A stretch of DNA of 50,075 nucleotides from an uncultured Candidatus Bathyarchaeia archaeon. GTDB taxonomy: Archaea > Thermoproteota > Bathyarchaeia > 40CM-2-53-6 > JALHTG01. The first letter of the stretch is position 1. The number at the start of each line of letters is the position of its first letter. This document shows positions 24,960 to 34,160 of this stretch, one piece after another. Below the pieces are notes generated by a model, which worked only from the letters and a program-made list of their open reading frames with translations, did not search any database and was not told where the DNA came from. The position numbers were made by a program, and so were the translations under genes. The DNA lies in contig CAZZFQ010000004.1 of the NCBI GenBank assembly GCA_964653695.1, forward strand, positions 1 through 50,075, read 5' to 3'.

Positions 24960-25766
24960 GTGATCGAGATGAAAGAATCGGAAACGGCCAAGCCGGGCGA
25001 GTATTCTCCATTGGAGATGATGGCAACTTGCGGCGCCCGAACGATCAAAGATGGCGAAACAGTCTTTGCAGGAACGGGCCTTCCGGTCCTCGCAGTCATG
25101 TTAGCCCAGAAGACACACGCGCCACGTTCCAGGGCGATCTACGAGGGAGGGTTCATCGAACCGAGAAACATCGATCTTCCTCTCTCAGTTGCGGACTCTA
25201 GACTTACCTATCGAGCAGCAGCGGCAATAGGCCTCAGAGAGACTCTTGGGGTTCTACTCCAAGGCGGGCGAATAGACATAGGGTTCTTGGGAGCAGCTCA
25301 GCTTGACGAATATGGAAACATCAACACGACGTATATCGGAAGCCTCGAGAAACCTTCTGTAAGACTTCCTGGAAGTGGTGGCGGAAACGATATTGCTTCA
25401 TGTGCTAAACGGATCGTAATCATAATGAGTCACGCCAAGAGGAAATTCGTGAAGAAGCTAGACTATTTCACAAGCCCCGGGCACATAGACGGACCTGATG
25501 GAAGACGAAGATTGGGACTTTCAGGTGAAGGCCCGTCTCTAGTGGTCACTGATCTCTGCCAGATGACATTTGACGAATCAACGAAGAAGGTTCGTTTGTT
25601 CTCGGTGCATCCCGGCGTGACTGTGAAGCAGGTCTTAGAAAACACAGGATTCGAACTCGCAGTTCCAAAGCAGGTTGCCGAGACAGAGCCTCCAACACGC
25701 TTTGAACTGGAAACGCTCAGAGGAATCGATCCTGCCGGGATCTACATCCCGAGAACCATGAAATAG
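24960..25766 (+). CDS. CoA-transferase subunit B
   Basis: 268-aa ORF containing IYEGGFI, a candidate catalytic-Glu region, and LPGSGGGNDIAS, both typical of beta subunits. The GTG start follows the A-subunit stop directly. Confidence 0.8.
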   Translation: MIEMKESETAKPGEYSPLEMMATCGARTIKDGETVFAGTGLPVLAVMLAQKTHAPRSRAIYEGGFIEPRNIDLPLSVADSRLTYRAAAAIGLRETLGVLLQGGRIDIGFLGAAQLDEYGNINTTYIGSLEKPSVRLPGSGGGNDIASCAKRIVIIMSHAKRKFVKKLDYFTSPGHIDGPDGRRRLGLSGEGPSLVVTDLCQMTFDESTKKVRLFSVHPGVTVKQVLENTGFELAVPKQVAETEPPTRFELETLRGIDPAGIYIPRTMK

Positions 25767-25807
25767 CAGTACTGTGTTCAGCTTCTTGGATTCGTAAGCT
25801 CAAGGCG

Positions 25808-26677
25808 CTACTTCTTTTCCGTCCAGTCGTAGAATCCTTTCCCTGTCTTTCTTCCGAGAAGCCCCGCTCTCACCATCTGCCTAAGCAGCGAACTGGCTCG
25901 GTACTTAGGATCACCGGTCTCCTCTGAAAGAACGTTCGCTATTGACAGCGTCGTGTCCAGTCCGATGTAGTCTAGCAACGTTATTGGCCCCATCGGCCAG
26001 TTGAGTCCCAGCTTGATTGCCTTGTCGATTTCAGCAGGGTCGGCGACTCCTTCTTGAACCAGAAAGATCGCCTCGTTCAATGCAGGAAGAAGAATTCGAT
26101 TGACAATAAAGCCCGGCACATCTTTCTTCACTATGACTATCTCCTTTCCCATTTTCTCAGCGAATGCCTTCACTATCTGAACGGTCTCATCTGAGGTCTT
26201 CACTCCCCTAACGATTTCAACAAGCTTCATCAGCTGAGGGGGATTGAAGAAATGCATTCCACAAAACATTTCAGGCCTTTTCGTCGCTGCAGCCAGCATA
26301 GTAATGCTAATCGAGGACGTATTCGATGCAATGACCGTGCGTTGAGGAGCAAATTTGTCCACTTCGAACAGGAGTTGGCACTTTAATTGAGCTACTTCCG
26401 GGGCGGCTTCAATCACAAGGTCGGCCTCTCTTACAGCCTCCCTTGGCGAGAGGGTGGCATGAATCCTCTTCTTGATTTCGGCTCTGTCGCTCTCAGTTAG
26501 CTCTCCCTTTCGAAGGAATCTCCCTAGGCTGTCGTCGATCATCCTCAACCCTTTGTCAAGAAACTCTTGCTTCACATCGGTGAGGTAAACCTCTGATTTG
26601 GCGACCTGTGCAGCCACCTGTGCGATTCCATGACCCATCAAGCCAGCGCCTAGGACCGCAACTTTTGTGATCTCCAC
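25808..26677 (-). CDS. hbd: 3-hydroxyacyl-CoA (3-hydroxybutyryl-CoA) dehydrogenase
   Basis: 289-aa ORF with a Rossmann motif (VAVLGAGLMGHGIAQV). It also has SNTSSISIT, HFFNPP, PGFIVNRIL and a GPITLLDYIGLD C-terminal domain. Confidence 0.9.
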   Translation of the reverse strand: MEITKVAVLGAGLMGHGIAQVAAQVAKSEVYLTDVKQEFLDKGLRMIDDSLGRFLRKGELTESDRAEIKKRIHATLSPREAVREADLVIEAAPEVAQLKCQLLFEVDKFAPQRTVIASNTSSISITMLAAATKRPEMFCGMHFFNPPQLMKLVEIVRGVKTSDETVQIVKAFAEKMGKEIVIVKKDVPGFIVNRILLPALNEAIFLVQEGVADPAEIDKAIKLGLNWPMGPITLLDYIGLDTTLSIANVLSEETGDPKYRASSLLRQMVRAGLLGRKTGKGFYDWTEKK

Positions 26678-26901
26678 TCAAGATCACCCTGTCAGTGTAT
26701 CGTTCGCTCTCGTGATATAGGCTCTTGGGAACGCCGAGCCACGTGTGGGTACCTCCAGTTGGAGGAGAGGAACCTGGATACGGTCACGAAAATCTCTGAA
26801 GATCGAAAGAAGAGAAAACGTCCGCTGAAACGCCCCCCTAATCCCCCCCTTTTCGCGCGGTTAACGACAGAGGCTGGATTCATAGCGGACTGGTGAGTCG
26901 A

Positions 26902-28215
26902 TCATCCATATTTCTGCATGAAGCCTCTTACTAGACCACGGTAGGCGGTTTCCTTTCTGAGGTCAATGAACCTTGCCTCTTTCCTTCCTATCGACGGTAT
27001 CGATCCCATTGGAACGTATTTTATGAAGTTGGGCGAGACACAAATTCCTCCACCGAGTTTCTGAGAGAGGCTGTCTACAGTCTTGGGATCCTCACGAGTA
27101 GCTTCGAGGAATATCTTGATCTGGTCAACTACGCCTGTCCGATCTTTCTCCACGACGAAAAGGTAGTTTCTGATCTCCGGATATTCGAAGATGGCGTCGT
27201 CGATGGCGTACGGACTTGTTAGGGTTCCCCTGATCTTCACTAGGTCGTCGAAACGATACTTGGGTGGCAGGAGACGGATGAGGGTTCGTCCGCAAGAGCA
27301 TTCCTCAAGAATAGCATGGGTCTCGTCGTTTGATCTAAACCTGATAGCCATGGTTCCCGTTCTAGTCAGCGTCGTGAAGACAACTTCGCCGTCCTCTCCT
27401 TCGCCGACTCTCTCTCCGGTTTCAGGGTCAACTATCTCAGCGAGCGATTGATCCTCGGCCCAGTGTACCCCTTTTTTTTCTTCACATTCTGCTCCGCTTC
27501 CCGCCTCTGTCAGTCCATACCCGATTCTCACATCCGCGTTCCATCGGTCCTCAATCTTCTTCCTGACGGCCTCGGGCAGTGGTTCGCCAAGGGCGTAAGC
27601 TTTCCTCAGAGATGCTTTCGCTGGATCTTTGCCGTACTCTTCCTCGTATGTGTATGACAGCTTCAGAATGAACTGGGGAACCCCTACGATGACCGTGGGT
27701 TTGAAGAGATCAACTATCAAGGCTTGTTGCTTGCTTGTAGGCATCTTCCCTGCAGGAATGACGGTTGCTCCGATCCTTCTAGCGGCGTCGTGGAGGCATG
27801 TTCCAGCAAAGAACATCCCGTAGGGCGTCACATTGTGTACTACGTCACGCTCGGTAACGCCAGCGATCCTCAAATTCCTCTCCTCGAGGAGGATTTGATT
27901 CTCCATGTCGACCTTTGAGAAACCAACTATGGTTGGGGAGCCAGAGGTTCCTGACGTGGTATGCCAGACCGAAACTTTCTCAGCAACGGCTGCGACATAG
28001 TCCTCTGCTATCTCCTTTTTGGTTGAAAATGGAACCCTAACAAGATCGTCGATCGTCTTGATGTCGCTAGGGCGTATCCCCGCCTCCTTGAACTTGCGTC
28101 GGTAGAGCCGGGTCCGCTCATAGGCAAGACTGAGTGATCCTCTTAGACGTTTCGTCTGAAGCCTTCGGAGGGCGGAGCGCGAGTTGTATTCGACGCCCTT
28201 TCGCGTTGTGATCAC
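26902..28215 (-). CDS. Phenylacetate-CoA ligase-like (PaaK / coenzyme F390 synthetase family) AMP-forming ligase
   Basis: 437-aa ORF with TTSGTSGSPT P-loop-like motif, YGLTEAG, and a short PaaK-type C-terminal domain. It has a GTG start, with a TTATATAA box about 50 nt upstream. Confidence 0.8.
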   Translation of the reverse strand: MITTRKGVEYNSRSALRRLQTKRLRGSLSLAYERTRLYRRKFKEAGIRPSDIKTIDDLVRVPFSTKKEIAEDYVAAVAEKVSVWHTTSGTSGSPTIVGFSKVDMENQILLEERNLRIAGVTERDVVHNVTPYGMFFAGTCLHDAARRIGATVIPAGKMPTSKQQALIVDLFKPTVIVGVPQFILKLSYTYEEEYGKDPAKASLRKAYALGEPLPEAVRKKIEDRWNADVRIGYGLTEAGSGAECEEKKGVHWAEDQSLAEIVDPETGERVGEGEDGEVVFTTLTRTGTMAIRFRSNDETHAILEECSCGRTLIRLLPPKYRFDDLVKIRGTLTSPYAIDDAIFEYPEIRNYLFVVEKDRTGVVDQIKIFLEATREDPKTVDSLSQKLGGGICVSPNFIKYVPMGSIPSIGRKEARFIDLRKETAYRGLVRGFMQKYG

Positions 28216-28328
28216 CTTCTCTGAAAGTGGTTGACGAAGCCTGAGCCGATTAGGTTTTACGAGTTATATAAGTTCTGGAACGATTCTTCAAGACAGATAT
28301 CGGCCCCTGTGTTGGGAGAAGAGACAAG

Positions 28329-28788
28329 GTGGAGTTGAAGGACGAACTGTCGGTGGACGGCAACAGCTTGACGGTTGAAGACTTGGTGCAAGCTGCAAGA
28401 GGAAACGTGAGCGTGAGCCTTCTGACAAGGCAATCTCCAGAGTAGAGCTCTAGCAACACCTGTCAGCGTCCAGTCGATTCCGACGAATGCGAATAATCAA
28501 GACATCGTTAGTATGGGGCTGACCTCGGCCAGAAATGCAACTAGGATCCTTCGGAATGCCGGGCATATACTTGCCGTTGAGTTGATCAGCTCGGCTCAGG
28601 CGATTGATTTTCACGGTCCTGAGAAGGTTGGAACCGGGACACGTACGGCGTATGGACTCGTCAGGGAAAAGATCAGCCCGATCATAGAAGACCACGAGCT
28701 GCACGGCGACCTAGAACTTGCGACTAGACTAATCAACAGCGGAGATTTGCTTCGATACGTAGAAAGAGCAGTAGGGAAACTCGATTAG
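28329..28788 (+). pseudogene. Histidine/aromatic-amino-acid ammonia-lyase remnant with a large internal deletion
   Basis: The frame from 28329 gives VELKDELSVDGNSLTVEDLVQAARGNVSVSL...* (stop at 28443), which is HAL N-terminus-like. A different frame from about 28450 gives ATPVSVQSIPTNANNQDIVSMGLTSARNATRILRN..LAVELISSAQAIDF..., which matches the HAL C-terminal region (compare canonical [21 protein letters not shown]). The roughly 330 aa in between, including the MIO-forming Ala-Ser-Gly, are absent. Confidence 0.75.
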
Positions 28789-28792
28789 GTTC

Positions 28793-29320
28793 TCAGGTCG
28801 CTGACACATCCACTTCGTCTCTGTAGATTCGCCCGAGATAGACGTATCCTTCATTTCCTGCACTGATCATCGTGAAATGCCTGTTCTCCAATTCTTTGAC
28901 CACCTTGCCAGGAGCGCCCATGACAAGGGACTTTGGCGGAATGACCATGCCCTCCGTCAGCAAGGAGCCAGCAGCAATGATTACCCAGTCGTCGACCCTG
29001 ACGCCATCCAGTACAACGGCCCTAGCCCCGATTAGAACGTTGCTTCCTACGTGGCAACCGTGAGCGATGGCTCCGTGCCCCATTAGGACACGGTCGCCGA
29101 AAACAATAGGATGGCTGGGATCGACATGGATCACGCAACAGTCCTGTATGCTTGCCCTCTTGCCAATATTGACGCTGTTCCAGTCTCCTCTTATGACAGC
29201 GTTTGGCCAAATGTTTGAATCCTCTCCGACGGTCACGTCGCCAACTATCGTCGCATTGGATGCAACATAGCAAGTGGGATGTATCCTAGGCCTTTTGCCT
29301 TCAAACTCAAGTATTGGCAA
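28793..29320 (-). CDS. Gamma-class carbonic anhydrase-like / PaaY-CaiE-YrdA-like hexapeptide-repeat protein
   Basis: 175-aa ORF with left-handed beta-helix repeats (ATIVGDVTVGEDSNIWPNAVIRGD, IGKRASIQDCCVIH, GHGAIAHGCHVG, LIGARAVVLDG). It has a TTG start. Confidence 0.8.
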   Translation of the reverse strand: MPILEFEGKRPRIHPTCYVASNATIVGDVTVGEDSNIWPNAVIRGDWNSVNIGKRASIQDCCVIHVDPSHPIVFGDRVLMGHGAIAHGCHVGSNVLIGARAVVLDGVRVDDWVIIAAGSLLTEGMVIPPKSLVMGAPGKVVKELENRHFTMISAGNEGYVYLGRIYRDEVDVSAT

Positions 29321-29563
29321 ACATAAGACCTCCGCAACTATGTAGCGGCCACTTGTGAAACGAGCGATAAGGCGGTTGTGGTTAGGTCACATATCTCAAA
29401 GCTTGATCAACCGCATCCTTCGAGCCTAAGCCTCGTAGAACGTTCTACCGTCTGCTAGCACACGCGCTATTAACCTGTCATGACTATCTTCTGGCACCCG
29501 AGGGAAGAATAGTAATGGAACAGAAAAAGACGCAGATGTCTCCAGTCGCTTTCGAGGGTTCCA

Positions 29564-29968
29564 GTGCGACAGAAAAGATTGGGCCGCGTTAGGAGGAAAC
29601 GGCAGGTGACATGCAAAGACGATTTGGCAAGAGTCGCATTCGAGAAGCATATTCACCTCACAACCAGAGGGAGAAAGACAGGGAAGCCTCACACCGTTGA
29701 GCTTTGGTTTGCAGCCGATAACGGTAAGGTCTATCTGAGCCACGAAGGCAAAGAAACAGACTGGATGAAGAACATCAAGAAGAACAGTGAAGTCTCCTTC
29801 GAGATTGGTGTCAAGAGCTTCACGGGAAAGGCACGCTACCTGGAAGACCACACAGACGAAGCAGAGATGGCTAAAGCAGTACTTTACGAGAAATACTATG
29901 GGAAGGGGACGAAGGAAGTCATCGAGGATTGGTTTTCACTATCTAGATTGTTTGTGATCGAACTGTAA
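29564..29968 (+). CDS. DUF385/PNPOx-like split-barrel protein (deazaflavin-dependent nitroreductase family candidate)
   Basis: Contains HLTTRGRKTGKPHTVELWFAADNGKVYL...DWMKNIKKNSEVSFEIG, resembling the DUF385 family. The likely true start is the in-frame GTG at 29606, 8-10 nt after an AGGAGG. Confidence 0.6.
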   Translation: MRQKRLGRVRRKRQVTCKDDLARVAFEKHIHLTTRGRKTGKPHTVELWFAADNGKVYLSHEGKETDWMKNIKKNSEVSFEIGVKSFTGKARYLEDHTDEAEMAKAVLYEKYYGKGTKEVIEDWFSLSRLFVIEL

Positions 29969-30277
29969 GCAACGCGATCAATCGTTAGGGTTCGATACGG
30001 AAGGCGTCGTGGAGGAGGAGCAAAGTGACGGCGGCCATTGACAGTGTCGTACCTGGCATAGCCTAGCTGCTGAGCCGCGTTGAGCAAGCAAGCACATATG
30101 CACTTGAAGCTTAGCTATGATTTGCGAAGAAAAAGGTGTTTTGTGTAAACAAGATATGCGTCTTCCAACCTGTTTTGGAAGGCGGAACAAGCTGAATTAG
30201 GGTCTTGGCCCTGATCTAGGTGTCCCTTTCCTTAACTCGCTACGTAGGTTAAAGAGCAAGTTAACTCTATACTCACT

Positions 30278-30967
30278 GTGATTTCATTGAGAGTGTTCAC
30301 CACGGATCTTCTGCGCGGAACTCGCGGTAGGCCAAGTGCACCATGGCACTCCATCTCGGACTTCGTCTCTTTTACCTATTTGGTTAGGATCTCAAGGAAG
30401 TATGAGCTTGATGCACCAAGGCTTCTCAGAAGCATTCACTGCGCCTGGCTTCAGGGAGAATCTTCTTTCGATGATATATCCATCAAAAGACGCAAGATGA
30501 CAGGGGACGACGGAGTCTTTCTAATAACGCAGAACGATCATGTCATGACACAGCTGAAACTCACGTCTAAGTTGCTTGAATATTTGGGCAAAACAGATCT
30601 TAGAAGTCTTCGATTTGAAGGCCGCTCCTTGGGTGAAAGAATCAGCCCCGAACCTGAGGATTTAATGATCAAAGATTTGAGCTCTGAAGCCAAAGGGTTC
30701 AACCTGCAAGCAAAGGTCGCTGAGAAATCCACGCCCAGAGTCATACTCTCACGAGAGGGCAGGGAACTTCTGCTCTCGACCGCCACAATTAGTGACGGAA
30801 GTGGCACAATCAAGCTACCTCTTTGGAATTCTCAAGTGGATGCAGTTTCGGTCGGCGACACGTTGCGAATTGAGAATGCGCATCTGAAGAGATTCCAGGG
30901 AGAACTCCAAGTCTCAGTTCGCAAGTCGACAACACTAAAAGTAGTGGGAAAGGGAAAGACAGATTGA
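30278..30967 (+). CDS. OB-fold nucleic-acid-binding protein (archaeal SSB/RPA-like single OB domain at the C-terminus)
   Basis: The C-terminal 100 aa are IKDLSSEAKGFNLQAKVAEKSTPRVILSREGRELLLSTATISDGSGTIKLPLWNSQVDAVSVGDTLRIENAHLKRFQGELQVSV. This matches the typical archaeal mini-SSB pattern. The N-terminal 129 aa have no recognisable features, so the start is uncertain. An in-frame ATG at 30665 would give a 100-aa OB-only protein. Confidence 0.6.
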   Translation: MISLRVFTTDLLRGTRGRPSAPWHSISDFVSFTYLVRISRKYELDAPRLLRSIHCAWLQGESSFDDISIKRRKMTGDDGVFLITQNDHVMTQLKLTSKLLEYLGKTDLRSLRFEGRSLGERISPEPEDLMIKDLSSEAKGFNLQAKVAEKSTPRVILSREGRELLLSTATISDGSGTIKLPLWNSQVDAVSVGDTLRIENAHLKRFQGELQVSVRKSTTLKVVGKGKTD

Positions 30968-31160
30968 ACAGCGTAAATCTCCCTTAGATCGAAGATAGAT
31001 TATCGCCGCGGCCCTATCTCTATCTGTCTATCCAAGAAAGACAAGAACAGACAGTGACAGATCTTCATAATCTTCACATTACTAATTTGCAAGCGCAATG
31101 ATTGGGCCAGATCATATCAGTGTGCAAAAATGCGTTGCCGAACGAATAGGCCCAGCAATA

Positions 31161-34160
31161 CTAGCTCCTTCGAAGAATGGCGGTCAACTTAGATCTTTCC
31201 ACAACTATCACAAGGGCAATCACAGAAACCATCCCAACGACGAGTGCAATCATGATCATAGGCATTTCATAGCCTAGGTAGCCCGTTCTCGTTGTGGTTT
31301 GCTTCGTCACTGGCTCTATTGCTTCGAGAGAGATCAGACATACGGAGGAAGAGGGAACCTTGCCTGAGATGGTTAAGGATCCAGTTTGCGCTTGTTCGAA
31401 TCTGTCGACGAGCGTCAAATTGTTCGTCCCATCGATCAGATATACTTCGCATCTCAGACTTCTCCCCTGCCAAGGAAGATTTCTCAAAGCGAGAGTGAAC
31501 TCCTCAAAGTATGAGTCGAAGTTGCTGACGAGCACCCTTACAATACTGCCGCCATCCGATCTTCCAGCGAGTGCGGCAAACCCTGCGTCGTCAGATCCGT
31601 TGCATGCTAGCCTAACAGGTGTCTCTAGCATTCTGTTCATTGCGAGAAATGCGAATGCTGTCTTTTTGAATTCGCCATTGTCGTAGAACAGTCCGAACCC
31701 TCTCCCCTCTTTGCCACCAGCGTTTCCTCGATACCTAAGAGCTCCCGAAACGGTCGTGTCTTGAAGATAGATGAGCGCAGACGCGGTCCACGCTGCGCCT
31801 CTAGCGTTCCAGAATTCGTCGTGATTCGTAGAGTCGGCGTAGATATTCCATTCCGTCAGGAAATTTCCAACATTCTCGAAGCCATATCGCTTAAGCAGAT
31901 CTTGAATCCCATTTGCAGCCTCAGCGACCAGATGCGGGACACGACCTCCCGTGTAGATATGCCACGAAACAAAGTCAAGAGGCGACTTGTTCGTCCTACA
32001 GAACTGCAGAAATCTCTCTAGAAATTCTCGCCTTCCTGCCAGCGCAGGTCCCCCAACCCTCACGGCGGCGTCAACAGCTTTGACAGCCCTAGCTACAGTG
32101 TCGTAGAGTTTGAAGTACTGTTCAGGCGTTCCCTTCCAGAAGATCTTGATGTCAGGCTCATTCCAGATCTCCCAGTATTGTATCCCGTACTTGAAGCCGT
32201 TCGCCCAACCTTGATTGTAGTGCATAACTATGTGCTTGCAGATCTCCGCGAATTTCGCATAGTCGCTTGGAACGTCGCTAGGGCCTCCCCAACTGTATCC
32301 AAGCCTGTAGAACACCTCTGCGCCAACCGACCTTATTGCCTCAACCTGAAGATCAGTTGATCGAAAGTTGTAGCTCGACCCCTTCAAGGGGTCCGCTTGC
32401 ATATTCGGGAAGACTACATTTATGTCGAAGGCCCCTCGGACATCGTGTGTCCTGACGAAGTTCACGCCTATACGCTTGTACTGATCATATAGCGATGCCT
32501 CAAGCGGCCTCTGAGGCAATGGTCCAGCGTTGATTCCCTGTAACGATCTGATCCTTCCGATAGTTCTTGAGAAGTCGACTTCTATCGTGACTCGGTTCTC
32601 GAACCTCATCTTAGCAAGGTCTTGCTCAGACCTCGTCTGCAATGCATCCCGAAGTGGTGTCAATCCATTGGCAAGCTCTGCCTGTGATACCGACTGCTCC
32701 GCCGAACTCCTGACCATAGCGTCTGCCAAAACGATTCCATCCATTCTTCGAATCGGGATGCCCATCAAGGATAGCGCAGTTGGAGCTACGTCAACAAGTC
32801 TAGCAGGCATGTCAGAGACGTATCCCCTCTTCACACCGGGCCCGGCGAATATTATTGGAATGGATTGCACACCCCAAGATAGGCCGCCGTGAGATCCACG
32901 CTCATTCGGTGGCTGGTTTCCTACGCTGGTATTCTCGTCAAGTGCGATTGCCACGTCCGGACTCGAAGGGCCAGCATAGGTTGAAAGCAGATACCTGTAC
33001 GAAGCGTCCAGACTATGGCCTATCTTGGAGGCTGTCTGGCTAGCGGGTAGGTAATAGTAAGCGCCTTGCTCCTGAATCCGATAGTAGACGGCGTCGACGC
33101 CCACAATGTTGAGGGAAGCTATGATCTCTGCAGCCTCCTTGCCCTTTGTTTGATCTTTAAGGTACACGTTGAACGATGTTCCGCCTCCCAACGAGAGGAC
33201 CGTCGTCCCAGTCTTCTCGACCGCTTTTCTGATCAGTTCCCCTCGGACATTGAGTGAGTTCGGTATCATTCCGTGATCCGTTGTAACCACGAAGAGAGTC
33301 TGATCGAAGAGGCCCAACTTTCTGTACGTTTCGATCAGCCTTCCGATCTGTCGGTCAACGTTCGCCAAGACCTCCGCCATCGCGCTAGGAGCGACTATTC
33401 CCCCTGTGCTGTGCCCCACCCCATCAGTCTCAGGGAGATTTATCATCATAACTCTTGGAAGTTCCAACTCAAGCATCTTCACCGTAACATCCATGACCCA
33501 AGTATCATACTGGATTGCTGGGATTGGAAGACTGTAGCTTAGCGCAGGATCGTTGAGGATCTGGCCAGGGGGCAGATGACCGTCAACGCCACTCGGGACA
33601 AGTGTTGCCCTTCCAGATCGAATTGAGTAGACGATATAGTCAGCGTATTGATTGCCCATCGCTCCTGCCGCAAAAAACTTGTTTGAGCTTATCGCCAGAA
33701 CCTTGGCAGTGGAATCAGCCTCCTTCACCAACTGCGGAATTGAGACAGCCCCCGATGCCACTATCATCTCACCCAGCTTTCCTTGGCTCACAGCCTCAAT
33801 CGTCGTAGGTTGGACCATGTTGCCCGCAACCGGATCTCGCCAGCCGAAGCCAATGACACCTTGATTACGCGGAAGAGAGCCTGTGCTTACGGTTGCATGC
33901 CCAGGCGGAGTGTTAGATTCGAGTTGTCCAAGCCAGGCCTTCGCATACGTGACACCGTTTGCCATGAGAAGACGCAAGTTTGGCATTTCCGTCAACTGAA
34001 AGTAGTCGGGTCTGCAAGCGTCTATGACGATTATCGCGAGATATTTGGCTGAGGCGGCAGGTTGGTCCACCGAACAATTCGCACCATAAGAGAACAAAGC
34101 GATTACTAGGAGGGCCAATAGTAAGGTAGCCTTGAGCTGTCTCAACCCCAGCACCGTCAT
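31161..34160 (-). CDS. Secreted, C-terminally anchored fusion protein: alkaline-phosphatase-superfamily nucleotide pyrophosphatase/phosphodiesterase (NPP) domain + clan GH-A (GH39-like) glycoside hydrolase domain
   Basis: 999-aa ORF with a signal-like N-terminus. NPP motifs are IIVIDACRPDYF, NTPPGHATVSTG, ETDGVGHSTGG and VVTTDHGM. The TIM-barrel glycosidase motifs are YWEIWNEPDIKIFWKGTPEQYFKLYD (acid/base NEP), DFVSWHIY and FLTEWN (nucleophile-like). A C-terminal TM follows (MIMIALVVGMVSVIALVIVV). Confidence 0.75.
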   Translation of the reverse strand: MTVLGLRQLKATLLLALLVIALFSYGANCSVDQPAASAKYLAIIVIDACRPDYFQLTEMPNLRLLMANGVTYAKAWLGQLESNTPPGHATVSTGSLPRNQGVIGFGWRDPVAGNMVQPTTIEAVSQGKLGEMIVASGAVSIPQLVKEADSTAKVLAISSNKFFAAGAMGNQYADYIVYSIRSGRATLVPSGVDGHLPPGQILNDPALSYSLPIPAIQYDTWVMDVTVKMLELELPRVMMINLPETDGVGHSTGGIVAPSAMAEVLANVDRQIGRLIETYRKLGLFDQTLFVVTTDHGMIPNSLNVRGELIRKAVEKTGTTVLSLGGGTSFNVYLKDQTKGKEAAEIIASLNIVGVDAVYYRIQEQGAYYYLPASQTASKIGHSLDASYRYLLSTYAGPSSPDVAIALDENTSVGNQPPNERGSHGGLSWGVQSIPIIFAGPGVKRGYVSDMPARLVDVAPTALSLMGIPIRRMDGIVLADAMVRSSAEQSVSQAELANGLTPLRDALQTRSEQDLAKMRFENRVTIEVDFSRTIGRIRSLQGINAGPLPQRPLEASLYDQYKRIGVNFVRTHDVRGAFDINVVFPNMQADPLKGSSYNFRSTDLQVEAIRSVGAEVFYRLGYSWGGPSDVPSDYAKFAEICKHIVMHYNQGWANGFKYGIQYWEIWNEPDIKIFWKGTPEQYFKLYDTVARAVKAVDAAVRVGGPALAGRREFLERFLQFCRTNKSPLDFVSWHIYTGGRVPHLVAEAANGIQDLLKRYGFENVGNFLTEWNIYADSTNHDEFWNARGAAWTASALIYLQDTTVSGALRYRGNAGGKEGRGFGLFYDNGEFKKTAFAFLAMNRMLETPVRLACNGSDDAGFAALAGRSDGGSIVRVLVSNFDSYFEEFTLALRNLPWQGRSLRCEVYLIDGTNNLTLVDRFEQAQTGSLTISGKVPSSSVCLISLEAIEPVTKQTTTRTGYLGYEMPMIMIALVVGMVSVIALVIVVERSKLTAILRRS

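Noticed and set aside
26833-26849. C6 and C7 runs (G-runs on the minus strand) between hbd and the PaaK-like gene, considered as a G-quadruplex or regulatory element.
   Set aside because: Only two G-tracts are present and a quadruplex needs four. There is no flanking symmetry, so this is probably incidental intergenic sequence.
28250-28704. Minus-strand ORFs 28250..28459 and 28450..28704.
   Set aside because: They lie antisense to the ammonia-lyase remnant, whose plus-strand translation carries clear HAL motifs. They have no features of their own.
29426-29851. 141-aa minus-strand ORF overlapping the DUF385-like gene.
   Set aside because: The opposite-strand ORF 29564..29968 has a recognisable family pattern and an AGGAGG-GTG start context. 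The minus ORF has no motifs and an odd Cys/Leu/Phe-rich composition.
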